From Moniliella sp. 'wahieum' (taxonomy: Eukaryota): a stretch of 64,000 nucleotides of DNA. The stretch spans positions 248,001 through 312,000 of the forward strand of contig RSEE01000021.1 in assembly GCA_003971905.1 (NCBI GenBank), in the 5' to 3' direction. Below, in pieces: positions 1 through 14,332 of this stretch. The translations under genes and the position numbers were made by a program. The notes below the pieces were generated by a model that worked only from the letters and a program-made list of their open reading frames with translations, had not been told where the DNA came from and did no database searches. How positions within the stretch are numbered: position 1 is the first letter of the stretch; every line of letters starts with the position of its first letter.

Positions 1-119
1 GCCAAGGTGGGGCCGTGCAGGCCAAGGGACGCGGCAACGTCGGCCCAGTCCGAACGGGCAGCCGACTGGGGGCTGGAAAGGGCCGCCTGGGCGAGTTGGA
101 GGGACGCGTTGAAGGACAT
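1..119 (-). CDS. 5' end of an unidentified gene running off the left edge (MSFNASLQLAQAALSSPQSAARSDWADVAASLGLHGPTL...)
   Basis: ATG in gccATG context at 119-117, frame open to the window edge, TATATATA at ~210-218. No family recognised. Confidence 0.4.
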   Translation of the reverse strand, partial: MSFNASLQLAQAALSSPQSAARSDWADVAASLGLHGPTL

Positions 120-1174
120 GGCAGCACAGAGGTGTATGGGAGGGAGAGGTGGGCGCGTCTATCGCGGTAAGTGGGGGAATGCATGTATGTTGGTTCGTCG
201 GGGGTCGCATATATATATGACTGTGTTGCATGTTCACCACCGGTGCATGCGCCCCAGCATGCTAATCCCAGTCCCCATCGCCGCCGGGCCTTCCACGGAG
301 ACGGGAGTCGGTGGGATGAACCAAGGAGAGTATGTTGGTGTTGGGCGCGGCGGGCAACCGTGGGGGCGAATGGGCGGTAGGGGCCCGGGGATGTGCGGCG
401 CGGTCAGCGGGCGGCAGCGCAGTCTGGGGCGCAGCGCTGCGCAGTCTGCACTGGCGCACTGTCACAGACAGGACTAACGTTCAAACGTTCAAATCCCCAT
501 TGCTTGGCATGGGCGGAACGGAGGCTGGAAGCTGGGGCGGCGGGGCGGAAACGCCGCCGAGGAGAGCTGGGGTGTTTCCACCTTGAAGCTTGAAGCTTGA
601 TTTACCTTGGTTACAGCGCCGCGCTCGCCGGCCTGCAGTGGGGCGGCTGCGCTCGACCGTCTCCCAGTTGTCTGCCGTGCGCATGCCCGACGTCTTCCTG
701 CCACACGACGGTACGCGGGCTTGTCGTATGAAGGCAATGCAAACCTGTGGCGGCGTCAGCACTTGGGGAAAGGAGTATGAAGCGCGATGCTTGAAGGCGG
801 TATGGTCTAACGCTTCTCTTTCAACCCTTTATGCATCCTACACACCACAGAACTACCTCAGTGTTTCCTATCCTCAGTTCACCAGGACAGTGTCGATCTC
901 GATGCTTGAGAGGATAATGCATAGATAAGGCACACGCACCTTGCCGATAGATCGGTTTCTTATCGAATGTGACAGGAATTAGGTCTGCAGCGGTGTGTTT
1001 GCATCTTGTATGAATTTGTAGTTTTGGCGGTTAGGAGCTTGGCAATTGCGTTCACGTGTAGATTGATCGCGAGGTGGTATTGGCCGTCCATCGAGCAAAG
1101 ATTTGGGCAATAGATAAAAATCCACCGCAAAGCAATAACAAACGCAATAGGGGAACAAAGGTCGTCGTCAAGCT

Positions 1175-3380
1175 TCAAGCCCGTCGCTTCTCCAACTGCT
1201 TTTCAATGATTTCGCCCTCAACCTGACGCTCTTCTTCGCGGCGTTTCTCCTCCTCTTCCTCTGAGTCCTTAACGTCCTCTTCGATACCCACCTCGTGCTG
1301 TGAGGTCCAGAGCGACGAGTAGAGCCCCCCGGAGGCAAGAAGCTGGTCATGTGTGCCCTGCTCTAGCACGGTGCCATCCTTAAGGACAAAGATAATATCG
1401 GCATCCGCGATCGTCTTGAGCCGATGGGCAACAAAGAGCGAGGTACGCCGCTGGGTCAACAATGTTTGTCGGATGGAGCGCATCAACTCTGCCTCAGTTT
1501 GGCTGTCGAGCGCAGAGGTGGCCTCGTCAAAGAAGAGGATTTCGGGATTTTTAAGCAACAAGCGGGCAATTGCCAAACGTTGTTTCTCGCCTCCTGAGAT
1601 CATCAGGCCTCGTTCGCCCACTTGGGTCTCGTACCTTTCCGGAAGCTTTTGCACAATCTCATCCAGCTTGGCCCGACGAGAAGCATCGATAACTTCCTCG
1701 TCCGATGCTTCAAGACGGCCATAGCGGATGTTGTGCATAATGTCGTCATGGAACAAAGGCGTATCTTGGGGCACCACACCAATCGCACGGCGGATCGAGG
1801 CTTGACTCACTTCGCGAATGTCCTGCCCATCAATCGTGATCCGACCCGACTGGGGTTCGTAGAATCGGAAGAGAAGTCGGAAAATGGTTGACTTTCCACA
1901 ACCCGAGGGCCCAACAAAGGCCACCTTGCTCCCTGCGGAATGGTAAACGAAGCGCCCTTGAAGATGGGCCGTTCGGGGTGGTAGCCAAACCAAACATTTT
2001 CAAACTTGATCTCCCCGCGGGTCACTTGAAGTGGTGGCGCATTGGGAGGGTCGACCACATTAACGCGGACGCTTTCCAAGTTGAAGAGGGTTTCCATGTC
2101 AATCAGCGACTGGCGCAGCTCACGATACACGGACCCAAAAAGTTGAGTGGCAGACTGAGCTGGAAAACAAGTTGGTTGACCATGACCAGATCCCCAACGG
2201 TCATTGTGCCAGCCAATACCCCTTGGGCAGCCAACAACATCATAACAGTCAAACTGGTGCTAAAGATGATGTTCTGCCCCGAATTGAGCCCCGCGAGCGA
2301 GGTGGCGACCTTGACGCTGCTCTTCTCATAGTCTTTCAGCGCAGCATCGTACTTGGCCACCTCGTACGACTCATTGTTAAAGTGTTTGACCGCCTCGTAG
2401 TTGAGTAGACTGTCAACACTAGTTGTCGCAGCCCGGTTGTCGGCCGCATTCGCTTCACGGCGGAAGCGAGTACGCCATGCGGTGGTCTTGATGGTAAACC
2501 AAGAGTAGGCAGCCATGGTCAGAGCCGTAACCCCAGCAAAACAGGACCACACTTGTACGTCAAGATGCCGCAAACCATGGTGATCTCTAGTGCGGTGGGC
2601 ACAATGTGGAATACGACCGAGGTGAGAAGAAACGAGATGCCCTTGGTGCCACGATCAATGGCGCGAGTCAACCCCCCTGTTTGGCGGCTCAGGTGCCAGC
2701 CCAAATCGAGCTCGAGCAAATGGCGAAAGACCCACGGGCCACACGTCGGATGGAACGCTGGGCCACATTTGCAAAGACAGCGTTGCGCAGCTCGGAAAAC
2801 ACACTGGCTCCGATCCGCGCCATTCCGTATCCCAAAATAGCAGCTCCTACCACAGCAAACACGGTGGCGGGGTGGGTTGGGTCGAGGGGGATGGCGAGCG
2901 TGTCATTGAGTTGGTCAATGATCTGTTTAAAAAAGAAGGGACCTGCACATTGAGAAGCTTGCCCCCAATCAGCAAGCCAAGCGCAAGAAGAACCCTGCGC
3001 TTGGTGCTCCAATCGTCTTTGGGCCAGACATGCTGGAGAAGGCGGCGGATGATTTTCCAATCAGACCTGCGCTGTTGCTTGACTGACTTGTCCTCCACCT
3101 CGGTAATCGCTAGGGGATCGGCGCGCCCATCAGCCGCTTTGGAGGGGGGATGCGGAATGGATGTTTTTGGGGGAGACGTCGAGGCGAAGCGGGCACAAGG
3201 GAGGAGGGCAAGGAGGGAGCAAGGGACGAAGGTCGCCTGGGTCCCAACAGCCCCAGCTGGACACGGGGGGAGAAGCGGGGCGGAACCGGGCGGAGGAGCG
3301 TTGGCCGCCCACACATTGTGAGGCGCACAGGCAGCCCCCTGTGCACGGTGCGGCAAGTGCGGCAAGGGAGGCACGCGCAT
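1175..3380 (-). CDS. ATM1: Mitochondrial half-ABC transporter Atm1/ABCB7 (frameshifted in assembly)
   Basis: Successive ORF fragments give [45 protein letters not shown], Walker [10 protein letters not shown], signature ISGGEKQR, Walker [13 protein letters not shown] and the AHRL H-loop. Start approximate. Confidence 0.93.
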
Positions 3381-4214
3381 GCTCCGGATGCGGCCCAGAA
3401 AAAAAAACGGAGATGCACAAGAGGTGGTGGAGGCGAAGGCCAATACTGCGGAGGGCAGCCACGCGACGAGACACATCCTATCAGGTCGGGGGGCAGTGTC
3501 CTCGTCCGAGATCTGAATCTCGAGGCGGCTCAGCGCTCGGCGATGACGAGAGGCACATCATGCATCATGCATCATCCAGCAGGCAGGGTGTATTAGTGGG
3601 CCTAGGCTAAAGTTTGACGTTTCCACACTGAAATCCTGCACCCTGCATATATCACCAGCAACTTTCAGCATCATCAGATGGTCATCATCACAGTTGATGA
3701 TTGATGAGTCAGGCTGCCATTATCGATAGCCAGCGTGCTTAGATAGGTCTGCTGCGGGGTAAACTGTTCTGGACGTACTCTATAGTAGGACTCAATCAAC
3801 CAGGGCTGCCCAGCCGTAGTTACAGCCGCCCATGGTAGCGTCCGTCTCATAGATACCTGCATCTCATACACGCAGTGCATCCTGCTCAACGGCACTACCC
3901 CAGCACCTGACTGCCCTGCGCACAGATGCGTTGTAGGAGACCGTTCGCGCAGCTCACTGTGAGGTATATATAACCTCTCTCGCCGAGCGGCCCCCGGCTG
4001 AGGGCTGTAGTTGTGGTAGAAGGCTTACGAAGGAAACACCGTGTGTGTATGGGAAGCGCATATGCGTTACATCCAAACCATACGTTCTGCCGGCATCATT
4101 AACAAGGAGGTTTATTTTTGGATCCAGTTCAGTGGAAGGGGAGGGCATGGTATTGATCGTAAACCGGATATTTGCTTTCCCAACTCATACAGAGAAGGGG
4201 CTTGTCCATCCGCC

Positions 4215-6919
4215 TCACCAGTGGTTCGCATCCAACGTCTCGAACAGTCCACGCAGTTCGGCCAGCGGGATGGGGCCCATGTTCTGTTCCAGCCGGGGTC
4301 GGCGGGGCAGGTCCGGGCTGGTATCCTGCTCGGCCTGCTGCGAAGCTTGGGCATAGTCCCCGCGAATCCGCAGGGACACCGTCTCGGTCCGCGCTTCGTT
4401 TTCTCCCAATCACGGCAAAGTTGACGCGGTTGCCATGGGCACGACGGACCATCTTGCTCAAGCTGTCGCCCGATTTGTCCAGCTCAACATGGAAGACTTG
4501 GTTGGGACGGGGAGGCAGAGTTGCGTATTGAGCCAGGTTGCCGCCACTGCCGCCACTACTGGAAGTAGAGCGTTCGGTTCGTAGGCGGTTGGCCAACGCA
4601 GGACCAAGCGCGAGGTAGTCCCGCACAAATTGCGCATATTGGTCAATCTCTTCCGTATCCGACACAGGCAGCACAGCCGCTTGCCGTGGCGACAGCCAAA
4701 AGGCCCAGCGGCCGCGTGTGTGTTCGATCAGGATGGCCAAGAAACGCTCAACAGAGCCTAGGATGGCACGGTGCACCATCACAGGGCGGGTGCTGCCTTG
4801 GGGCGAGGCAGGGTCCAGGTACCGCAAGTCAAACCGCTGGGGAAGTTGAAAGTCGAGCTGAATCGTAGCCGTTTGGTGCTTCCTACCGGCTGCATCCATC
4901 AGACGGCAGTCAATCTTTGGGCCATAGAATGCCCCGTCGCCTGGGTTGATCGTCCAGGGGGTTCCGCTGGCGTCCATAGCCGAGCGTAGCGCCTCTTCTG
5001 CCTTGTCCCACTCCTCCACCTCACCCAAGAATTGAGGCGGACGGGTGGACAACACAAGTTCGATCTGTGTTGCCGGATCAAAGCCGAATCCACGGTACGC
5101 CGAGGCGAGCATGCGCAACATTGTCTGGATCTCCCCCTCAACTTGGTCGGGACGGCAAAACACATGCGCATCATCTTGATGGAAGCGTCGGACACGGGTC
5201 AAGCCACTGAGCGAGCCACTGCTCTCGTTCCGATGCAGGGGCGCAAACTCAGCCATTCGTACCGGCAGCTCACGGTACGACCGTTCCCGACTGGCAAAAA
5301 CAACGCAATGACCAGGACAGTTCATCGGCTTGAGCCCGAATTGATTCTCGCTGTCGAGAAAGGCATCCGCAGGCTCCGAATGGGAGTGAGCCGGGCAACA
5401 GTCTCGGTCAGGAAGGGGTGCAGGCGCACGACGAAAGACGCTCCGCTTGCTCCTGCGCCTCACGGAAACCTTGGGCTTGGAACATATCGTCGCGATAGTT
5501 GTCCCAATGGCCCGAGCGTTTCCACAATGCCGAACGAAACAGCTGCGGGGTCTGTACCTCGTGGTACCCAAACACATCGTACAGGTCTCGCACCACCCGC
5601 TCCATCTTGCGCGCCACCCGCATACCATGCGGAAGCATAAACGCCGATCCGGGCAGAGAGAATGGGTGGTCTCGTTTGACAGAAACAGGTCTTGCTCCCG
5701 CCCGATCACGCGATGATCCATCTGGGCGGCCTCCTTCACCTGCGCCTCGTATAACTTGAGTTGCTTTTCGTCGGGGAAAGCGACACCTCGAATGCGCATC
5801 ATGCGTTGAGGGATTTGGGCTGCGCTTGCCTCTTCGCTGGCGCCTTCCACCCCTGCCTCTGTGGGCCGGAGTGTCAGCGACTCGGGAAGCCACGTGATCG
5901 TAGACCACTGAGGCGTGGTGAGGGCTTTAAAATACCCAGTGCTGGAAGAAGAGGGAGCTCGTCAACCAACCGAATGTCCAAATACCTTCGTTTCTCTCCC
6001 TGGATCTCCACCACATCAACGGCTGCACCAGGCTCCAGAGCCCGCAGCCATTCGGCCTTGAATACATTGGCCCACCCATCAAGAGAGGCAAAGCGTCCGC
6101 GGCCGTCATGCGACGCAAGCCAAGTGGTGTATCAGATGCGACAATCTGCTGAAATTTGGCATGGACCTTGTCGAGATCTTGGGAAGTAAAAGTGCTGCTC
6201 GGGTGAGCAGCGTGGTGGAACAGTTGGGTGACCGAGCTGATCGCATCGCGCGCATGCGTAGGCATCGAGGGTGCTGGCTCGGTCGGGTGCGACCCTCGGA
6301 CAAAATCGTAGCTAAAACCTGCTCCGCCATGCACGTGCTCTGACAGCAAGGGCGCAACACCCAGCACAACATCGGCAGCGCATCCTGCACAGCCGCGCCG
6401 AATACGTACCCAGCCGATCGCCAAAACGCAGCCAGACCACGCAGCTGGCCTTGCGCCCAGCTCGAAGGATCCTGGGCCAAGCGAGCAGCTTGGATAGGGT
6501 CAGGAAGCATCCAAAAGTGCACATTGCCCCCGCGTACGGGCTCGGTCCAGGGAAGCAGTTGGCCCTCGGCATCGGTGGCGATGGGATAGCGCTGCCACGC
6601 CTTGGGGATTCGTTCTGGAGGGGGAGGACAGGTGGGGTGGAGTTAGGGGGAATGGAGTGATCGGAGCAGGGGGGCGCGGAAGAGACGCACGCTGGAGCAG
6701 GGTGAGGGGTGTTGCGTCGGCGGACGCTACAGGGACAAGGAGGGGCTTGGATGCCGGCGCGGGTTGCTTAGCGCTGGGAGCAGCCGCAGCGGCGAAGGCG
6801 CGGGCGGCGGCAGGTGGAAGGCATGGCGGGGGCGTGGAGAGGCGGTGGAGAAGGGGCAGGGCGCGCTGACGCGCCAGACGGCAGCCCTGGCGAACACTGA
6901 GCGCAGCAGCACGCGACAT
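4215..6919 (-). CDS. Threonyl-tRNA synthetase, probably mitochondrial (frameshifted in assembly)
   Basis: LWKRSGHWDNY, LKPMNCPGH, LHRNESSGSLSGLTRVRRFHQDDAH, GAFYGPKID, TIQLDFQLP, MVHRAILGSVER. N-terminus is Arg/Ala/Leu-rich and presequence-like (MSRAAALSVRQGCRLARQR). Confidence 0.9.
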
Positions 6920-8230
6920 GGCAGGCATGGTGGTTTTGCCTGGGCATGCTATGCGCTCCGTTCTTCCTAGCAGCCATGCCTTCATGAGCACGGACTCGGT
7001 ACTCACATTGAACGTTCAGTTGAACATTGAATGGACAGGCCGCCTCGTCTTTGGCCGGTGGCCGCGCTGAAATTGAAATCAGCATCCGCATTCAATTTTC
7101 ATCATGGCCCATCCGCGTTGCCTGTGGTGCAGATGGATGTGGCCTCTCTACCTTCCACCACCATCTCATTCTCCCAGTAACGAAGATGCCTTGACTTGAC
7201 CTGCATCCCCCGAGAGCGAGTCTGGAAAAAGGGACACTTTTCTCTGTTCTCATGCATGCCAGAGCACAATTTAACGTTTAATTGGGTCTGGGTTTATAGA
7301 TTCAGTCACAGTCGTCCGCAAAACTCATTCATTGTGTTTGGTATATCTCCGTACCTCGGCCTCAGGCCGTAGGGCCTCAGGCCTCATGAGCACTCCAAAG
7401 ACATGGCTGATGCATATATTTCGTGTACGCATGATGCATGTTGGTTGATGCACGTGGTTAGATGCATACTAAACGAGAGGTTATATACAGAGGCGCACTC
7501 ATCCACGGATACCCTTGCTTCGGCCACATAATGATTCATTGCGTTCAATACGTGTCTCGAAAACCACCGCGTAAAATATGATCGAGACGAATGCCCTATT
7601 AGCAATCTGACACCGTGGGCTGTTAGTACTATCTGGATTGGAGCAGTTCTGAGCCTCACAGAGCTCTCAGAACTCACAGTCTGTGAACATGTAAGAGCCC
7701 TCGAACATCCCTGGGTCACCGGCTTGTCACTATGACCATCACTGGCTGCTGCTCCAATCGGCTATGCAGGAATGGAGGCTGAAGCTTGAAGCTCTGGAGC
7801 GTATTGGACAGTAGCTTTCAGTTGAACGTTGACGCGGGCGTTGGTGTAGAAAGAAGCAGAAGGGGAGGGTGTTGAGCTACCTGGTGGTTCTGGTGTGCCC
7901 TGGTCAAAAGTCTCCTTTCTCAGTCCCTCTTCCTCTCAGGCGTAGGAGTTTCGTTGTTTTCTCGTTTCTCTCGGGTTTCGTTTGTTCCGCGGCCTGGCCC
8001 TTGGTGGCGACTGGCGGCTTGATGCTTGATGTCTCACTCTGCAGGTGATGCTGGTTGGCTTTGAATTTAGGCCCCCGCCACCCCCACCACTAGTGCGATT
8101 GCATCAGCCTCGCGGATCATCAGGACTCCCCCGGTGTTGTTAGAGGGAACCTGAAGGAAAAAGATTACTAGCCTCTTCCGCTGATCGCTTCAGAGCACTG
8201 AAGCGAAGCATGAAACTTGAAGCTTGACGC

Positions 8231-8270
8231 GATCAAGTCGATCAAGTCGATCAAGTCGATCAAGTCGATC
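8231..8270. repeat. 9-bp tandem repeat (GATCAAGTC)x4
   Basis: Directly visible in sequence. Confidence 0.9.
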
Positions 8271-9554
8271 TCTGTTTTGTGTGGCAGGGACTCGGTGGCC
8301 GGCACATGATTTGCAGAATGTAAAATGTCTAGGGCCGGAGGACTGCAGGCCGGGTGGCACATAGTGGCACGGGCCTGGATCGGCACGGGCGGCAGAGTGG
8401 CAAGAGGGGCAGCAGAGTTACTAGTGACTATGGTGACGCTAGTGACGCGTGACAAGGTCGTATGACACTGGTGCGACGTGTGTAGAAGAAGACGACGGCG
8501 ATCATTAATCGCGGTTCATCGCTGAGCGTTGAAGCTTGAAATTCCTGAAACTTGAAGCTTAAAGGCGCTGAAGCTCAGCAGACAGCAGCGCCCAGTCGGT
8601 GCTTGAGGCTTGTAACATGTATTCGGTCATCTACAGCCCATCGCCAGCGGCAGCCGCGCTGCGAACAGAGAGGGCCGCGCGGGGCCAAGAACGGCCAAGC
8701 GAGGGGCGGAGGGGAGTGTTGGTAGCGGGTGTACTTTAAGCGAAAAAGGGTGCACCAGGGTGCTCCATGCTGCCTAGCTTGGCATGGCCTGTGGCGTGGC
8801 ATGCGCAGTAAGTAGCATCATCGATGCATCATGCGTCAATATGCAATGTTCAACGTTCATGATTATCGATTATCTCGATTATCGACTGTCGATCAATGAT
8901 GCATGACGCGTGACGGAGGGCCACCGATCGCCCACACGCCGTCTGCCCCGGGCGCATTCGGCTCGGCTGGCCCATCTCAAATCCGGCCGTTCTTCGTGCG
9001 TGCCCCCGCAGCCCATCGGCCATCGCACATACGCGGTGCATATCCGTCTCCCATCCCGCCTTCTGGCCTGCCCACCCGGCCTAAGCGAAGCGATGCGTGA
9101 AGCTCGAGCAAACCTTGACAGGAGACGAGACACTGGCAGCTGCTCCGTGGTTCGGCAGCATCCCACATTACACGCATCACACATTGCATAACACACGTCA
9201 CATGTCACTGACCACACGTCACGCGTCACGCGTCTCTCGGCACGCGTCAGGCATTTTGCCTGGCTGGCTGGCGTAGCCGCTCGGCTTGCAAGTGCCGCGT
9301 CCAGACCTGCACGCCCGCCCTTCCCCCGCACACCCCTCCCGTGTTCTTGCGTTTTCTTCCTCCTCCTCCTTCTTCGCCGCCGCCTCCTCCCCTTCCTCGT
9401 TCTCCGTCCGGCCGTGGTGCGCATTCGACTTGCCTGCACATCGCGTCCTTCTTCCCCTCGCCAGTCAACCGACCCACCCCCGCACCACACGCGTCTCAGC
9501 TGGGTGTGACTACCTGCGCCTTGTTGCAACGCCCTCTCGACACGCGCCTCGGCC

Positions 9555-12500
9555 ATGCCCTCGGCCGTTGCCCATGCGGCTGCCTCTGGACTAGCACACA
9601 ACGACCGCTCCCCCTCCTCACCCCCTCCTCCTCCTCCGCCACCGCCGCCACAACGCGTCCCTCCGCCGCAAGCCCCACCCACTTCCTCACCGTCCTTCCC
9701 CGCCCGAGTACGTCTCTGCATGCCTCCACCCTCAAATGCTGTGGCTACTACGTTGAATGCTTACCCTTTTCCCTCTCCAGACTCTGTGTCCTCCTCACCC
9801 AAGCCTCTCCCCCATATTCCCGGGCCGCCGGCGCAGGCAAGACCGCCTCCTCTCACCTCGCACGGGCTGCCTCCTGCCGCTCTTCCCCACCCTGGGTGGA
9901 CAGCTGCATGCGATTGCGCGCGAGTACGGCCTACCCTCTATCGGCGGCATCAGCATCTACCTCGTGGACGATGGCTTTGGTGCATTGGGCCCATGTGTCG
10001 GTGACAGCGTGTGGCGCGCCATGTGGGCACCCTACTTTGGCCCGTATCCTCATCCTCATTCCCCTCCGCCCCCACCCAACCTGTACGACGACCTCGTCCT
10101 CCCGTCACAGCACCGGCCCATAGTCGCGCGCATCGAATGGGCCGTTGAGCCCAGCCGTGCTCCGTGGTGGCCTGCTTGGCTCGACAACGCTGTGGCGCGC
10201 GCCACTGGCTCCCCCCGGACTGCCGTGCTCGATCCCCACCTGGGCCATGTTGGGAAGCTGGCTCCCAGACCCCTAGCCTTACTCGCTCCGGTGGCTCTCG
10301 TTCTGCCACTTGCAGCCCCACCTGGCGCTCCACTGTATCTAGAGAACATGCCACCACCTCACCCCTTCTCTCCCGCACCGCCCCGCCCCACTAAGAGCGA
10401 CGACGCCATGCCCTCATTCGCCGCCACCCGCACCCGCTCCCTGTCTGTGCAGGAGCGGCACGCCCTGTCACGATCCCCTAATACCTCTACCCTCTTTCGC
10501 CGCCCCCAAGGGAAAGGCCCCCCAATTCTTCGCCACTCCCCGCCGTTCCACTACCGGCCTCCAACGCTACTACTGCCCCGGTGCCGTCACCACCTTCGCC
10601 GGAGCCATCTCTTCGTCAATCCAACCTACCTGGTTGGAGCAACCTCAGACTTGCTCATCTCCTCGCTTTCCATCTCTATTACCCCCTTCCATGTCGGCGT
10701 CCTCCTTGGCTCTTTCCCTGTCAGGGATGGCAATTGAAATGGAACCCAAGAGCTGCCATGAAGCTGCGGTGGACACCTACACCACCCTGGCCCCACCCGG
10801 CCCCTGCAGCCTTCGCACTGCCAAAGGGAGCAGTAGCAGCCACTCGTCCACTCTGCTCCCCTACTCCCCAGCCCCACTGGAGGTGCCTAATTCGTCGCTG
10901 TTGTCCCCCCTGCAGCTCGATAAGTCTCAATTTCCCTCGAGGGAGGAGCAGGAACCGATGCCGGAGGAGCAGGAACCGGTCATGGAGGATAAAGGAGAGG
11001 AAAGGGGCCAAGCATCGCTGAGGATACTCCAACCCGGTGCCGTCCACCCTCCGAGGACCCATCTCACTTTGAGGCGCCTAACTCTCTTGGCGTGGACTTG
11101 TCCGAACCTGCAGCTGTTCGTCCAGACGAGGTGCAGGGGAACATGACGACTTCGTTTAGTGAATGGAGCTTGCCTACATCCAGTCTTTGACTGCGGAGGA
11201 CCAGGCGGCGGTGGCGGAGATCATCGGCCACCCCCTTCTCCCACAAAGAGTGAGTGTTGCTCTTCAGGAGGTCACATCGGATCTGCCTACACCACCCCAG
11301 TCGGACCCTGGTTCACCGTCCGGGTACGAATTGCTGTACGGGAACCCTAGCGCAGGCGCCCTTGCGCCTTTCCAGAAGCCTCCCTACCTTTCGTCTCCCC
11401 CGTCGAACGCGGTTCCACCCTTGGACCCTTCTTGTTTTCTATTAATCGTCGTCGGGAGGTTTCAGTTCTCCACCCCATGTCACCTCCAGTCACTGCTGCC
11501 AGCGAGGCTTTCTCGGATGGGCCTGCCGTCTCCCCACCTGCAGAGTCATCTCTCACCACGCCCAAGGGGGTGAGATCCCCAACGGCAGCGATCCAGAGAA
11601 TCTCTCAACCCGAAATCACACCCGCTCTGACTGAACGTACTGAGCTGCGTCCCTCAATTGCTGAGGACGCCAACCACACCGGACCCGACTTGTTACGTTC
11701 GAGCGAATCATCTACCTGGGACCGTGTGATGCAAGCGCTCAACAATCCCTGGCATCCGTCGGACGATACCGGTACTTCCATTCTCCCGCAACCCTCGGAC
11801 CGGAGCTCAGTATCGGCCTCAAGCCAAGAAAAGGAGAATGTGACCGTGATGCGGGCGACGTCCGACCCCACTTGACCTTCCCAACTAACAAGGATGTTCG
11901 TATTGTCGCAAACAGGACCCAGCCGGCCCATACCCAGCCTGCACGGCAGCAGGATTCTTCCCTAGTGCAACTGAACGTCGCTCTCTCATCCTCTACTTCT
12001 GAGGTTGTGACTCAAGCCGTTTCACCACTGCCTGAGAGGGACATGGGTCTCCCCTCGGCTGCACCAAACGGGCAGGATGAATCAATCTCGCCGAGTCTTA
12101 GCTTATCGCCCGTGGATACCCCAAGGCCGCATGGGTCGCGTTCCGGGCATTTCTCGGTTTCGAATCGCGATTCGGGCCATTTGGATGACCTGCCCGATTG
12201 CCAGCAGCCCTTGTCTCGTGTTTCTCCATCAACCAGCCCGCGGGCGTGGTCGCATCCAAGTACCCAGGACACCCTGTTGAGCAAGAGCGCAAGCCAAGGG
12301 AGTGACTCGACTCAGTTTACCACCCGATCGATCCAGGACGTGGATGAATCGACAACGTCGGTACTGCCTTCGGGCTTGACATCGGGCTTGGCATCCGATA
12401 GCGAGAACCTTGAAGCATCTACACCTTCCTTAAGAGAGACGATGCCTACGATGGGTAAGGAGGGCAAGAAACCTCACGACCAAGGTGAGGGGGAACATGA

Positions 12501-14332
12501 CATTTTGTACGGGCCCAAAGACCTTTCCCCCCCTGTCGTCGGCGTCAATGTGCCCCCTCCTCTCCCCCTAGGCCAGGCGCATCCGGTGCCCCTATCCACT
12601 CTGCAGTCAAAATCCCCTGTTCCCCTGCCGAGCCCCGCTCGGGTCGATATTCGCCAAATGATCTGCGCGCCCCTTCTTCGGCCCTCCCTACGCGAGAGAG
12701 AGAGCAGAGCGTGGCCCCGATCCCATCATCAACGGATGCATCCACGTCCACTCGAAGGGAAGTGATGCTGACGGCGCAGCGTGCTTTGCTTGGGATCCTC
12801 GATCGTCAAGGCTATTGTTCGTATTTTCTACTAATTTCTTGCGATGCATATCCATAAAGCTGACTTTGTTTTTGGTTTTGCTTGTGCAGTTCACGAAGTC
12901 ACCCGAGCGTGGGGAGCCAATCGAGCGGATACAACAGTTCCTCCCAGCGAATCCCCTCACTCTCTTCACAATGCCAACTTGAAGCAAACGAAAGGTTTGG
13001 GGGAGGACCAGCACGGCGAAGACCCACGCCTTGGCCTGGGCCTGATTTGGGATAGCCAAGAGCGATCTGGGCACCCTGCCGCACTAGGGCTAGACCATGC
13101 CGTGTTTGTCACGCCAACGATTAACTCGACAATGCCTCCATCCGCGCCTGAATCGCGTACTTCCTCGGACGATCATACTCGCCGCCCCATCCCCTTGTCT
13201 CTCATTGGCGACAACGATATGGAATCGCCCCTGGACAACATTATGGATCACGCTGCTGCGCCTCCCAATCCGGTTGGGATTCAGCACAGTAGTACCTTGT
13301 CCCTAGAGCCAGACCATTCTTCTGCGCGGCCGTCAGCGACTCATGGCTCACCTGGGACGCCATCGCCCGCAAAAATGGCATCTCCTCTAATCTCTCCCCT
13401 TCCGTTCACGTGGAAATGGGCCGCGCTGTTCCTTCTTCTCCCGACGAGGGTCTCCAACGCACCCCACCTTGAGCCATACGATACCTAAGCCCCAAGAGTT
13501 GTACGCTACTCTTCTCGGTACCAGTGTTATGGACATGCACTCTGGTCCTATCAAGCAGCAGACCCGCCTTGACTCCCTTGCAAGCAAAGGGCTTCCCATT
13601 CTACCCGTGGGGAAAGAAAAATATGGCTTTCCTTCCTCTCCTTCTCTCAACCTCGATCCGGTTCCCAGATCTGGCAATAGGTGGCCCAATTCCTTGCCTC
13701 GCCGCTCCCCTCGTCTCCTGAGATGGGGACTTGGAATACAACCGCGGCAAGGCGACCCGCTACGTCCCACTCCTCCGCCAAATCTCCGCCCCCTCCGCAT
13801 CGCGACCGAGCCACCCAGCCACCTCAGGGCTCCCCATCACGCCACAGAGGAACCAAGGCACGCCATGGGGTATGCCCGTCCCTGCGATGACCCTCTCTGC
13901 GCCCACGACACCGCTCGTGGGCAGCGAAACCCCTCTGCCACCACCAGCCAGCCGAGACGGGGAGCCGCTTCGTTCGATGCTCTTACAGGGCACGGCAAGT
14001 AGCCACAATCACCTCCCACTCCCAGCGCGGCCCAGCGTGACATGGAGTCCGACGGTCATTGACCGAGTCCGGGCGCCGAGTAGTGGAGCGGTCGGCAAGG
14101 CGTCAAAGCACCTTCTTCCGCCACCTCTTCCCCCTCTGTTGCCTCTTCGTCCCGCGCCCGACGCGCTTTGGCCGCAGCTGCCTCCTCTCTCCGCCGCACC
14201 CATACCGGTCCCCTTAGTCCCCACTTGCCCTCCAGCAAGTTGGACACGGCTGCGCCGCCCTCGGCCGCATCCCCAAGCGTGTCTCCGCGCCTGGCGTTAG
14301 CACGCATGCCAATGCCGCGCAAACCCTCGTAG
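9555..14332 (+). CDS. Long Pro/Ser-rich uncharacterised protein with a short globular-looking N-terminal block (frameshifted; probable intron ~12782-12888)
   Basis: Block GCLLPLFPTLGGQLHAIAREYGLPSIGGISIYLVDD...GPCVGDSVWRAMW...PIVARIEWAVEPSRAPWWPAWL resembles uncharacterised basidiomycete proteins from memory. A chain of overlapping + strand S/P-rich ORFs follows. Limits approximate. Confidence 0.55.

Noticed and set aside
7100..8200. Less GC-rich intergenic stretch as a transposon relic (also ~60100-61450)
   Set aside because: No termini, TSD, second copy or transposase/RT motif could be seen.
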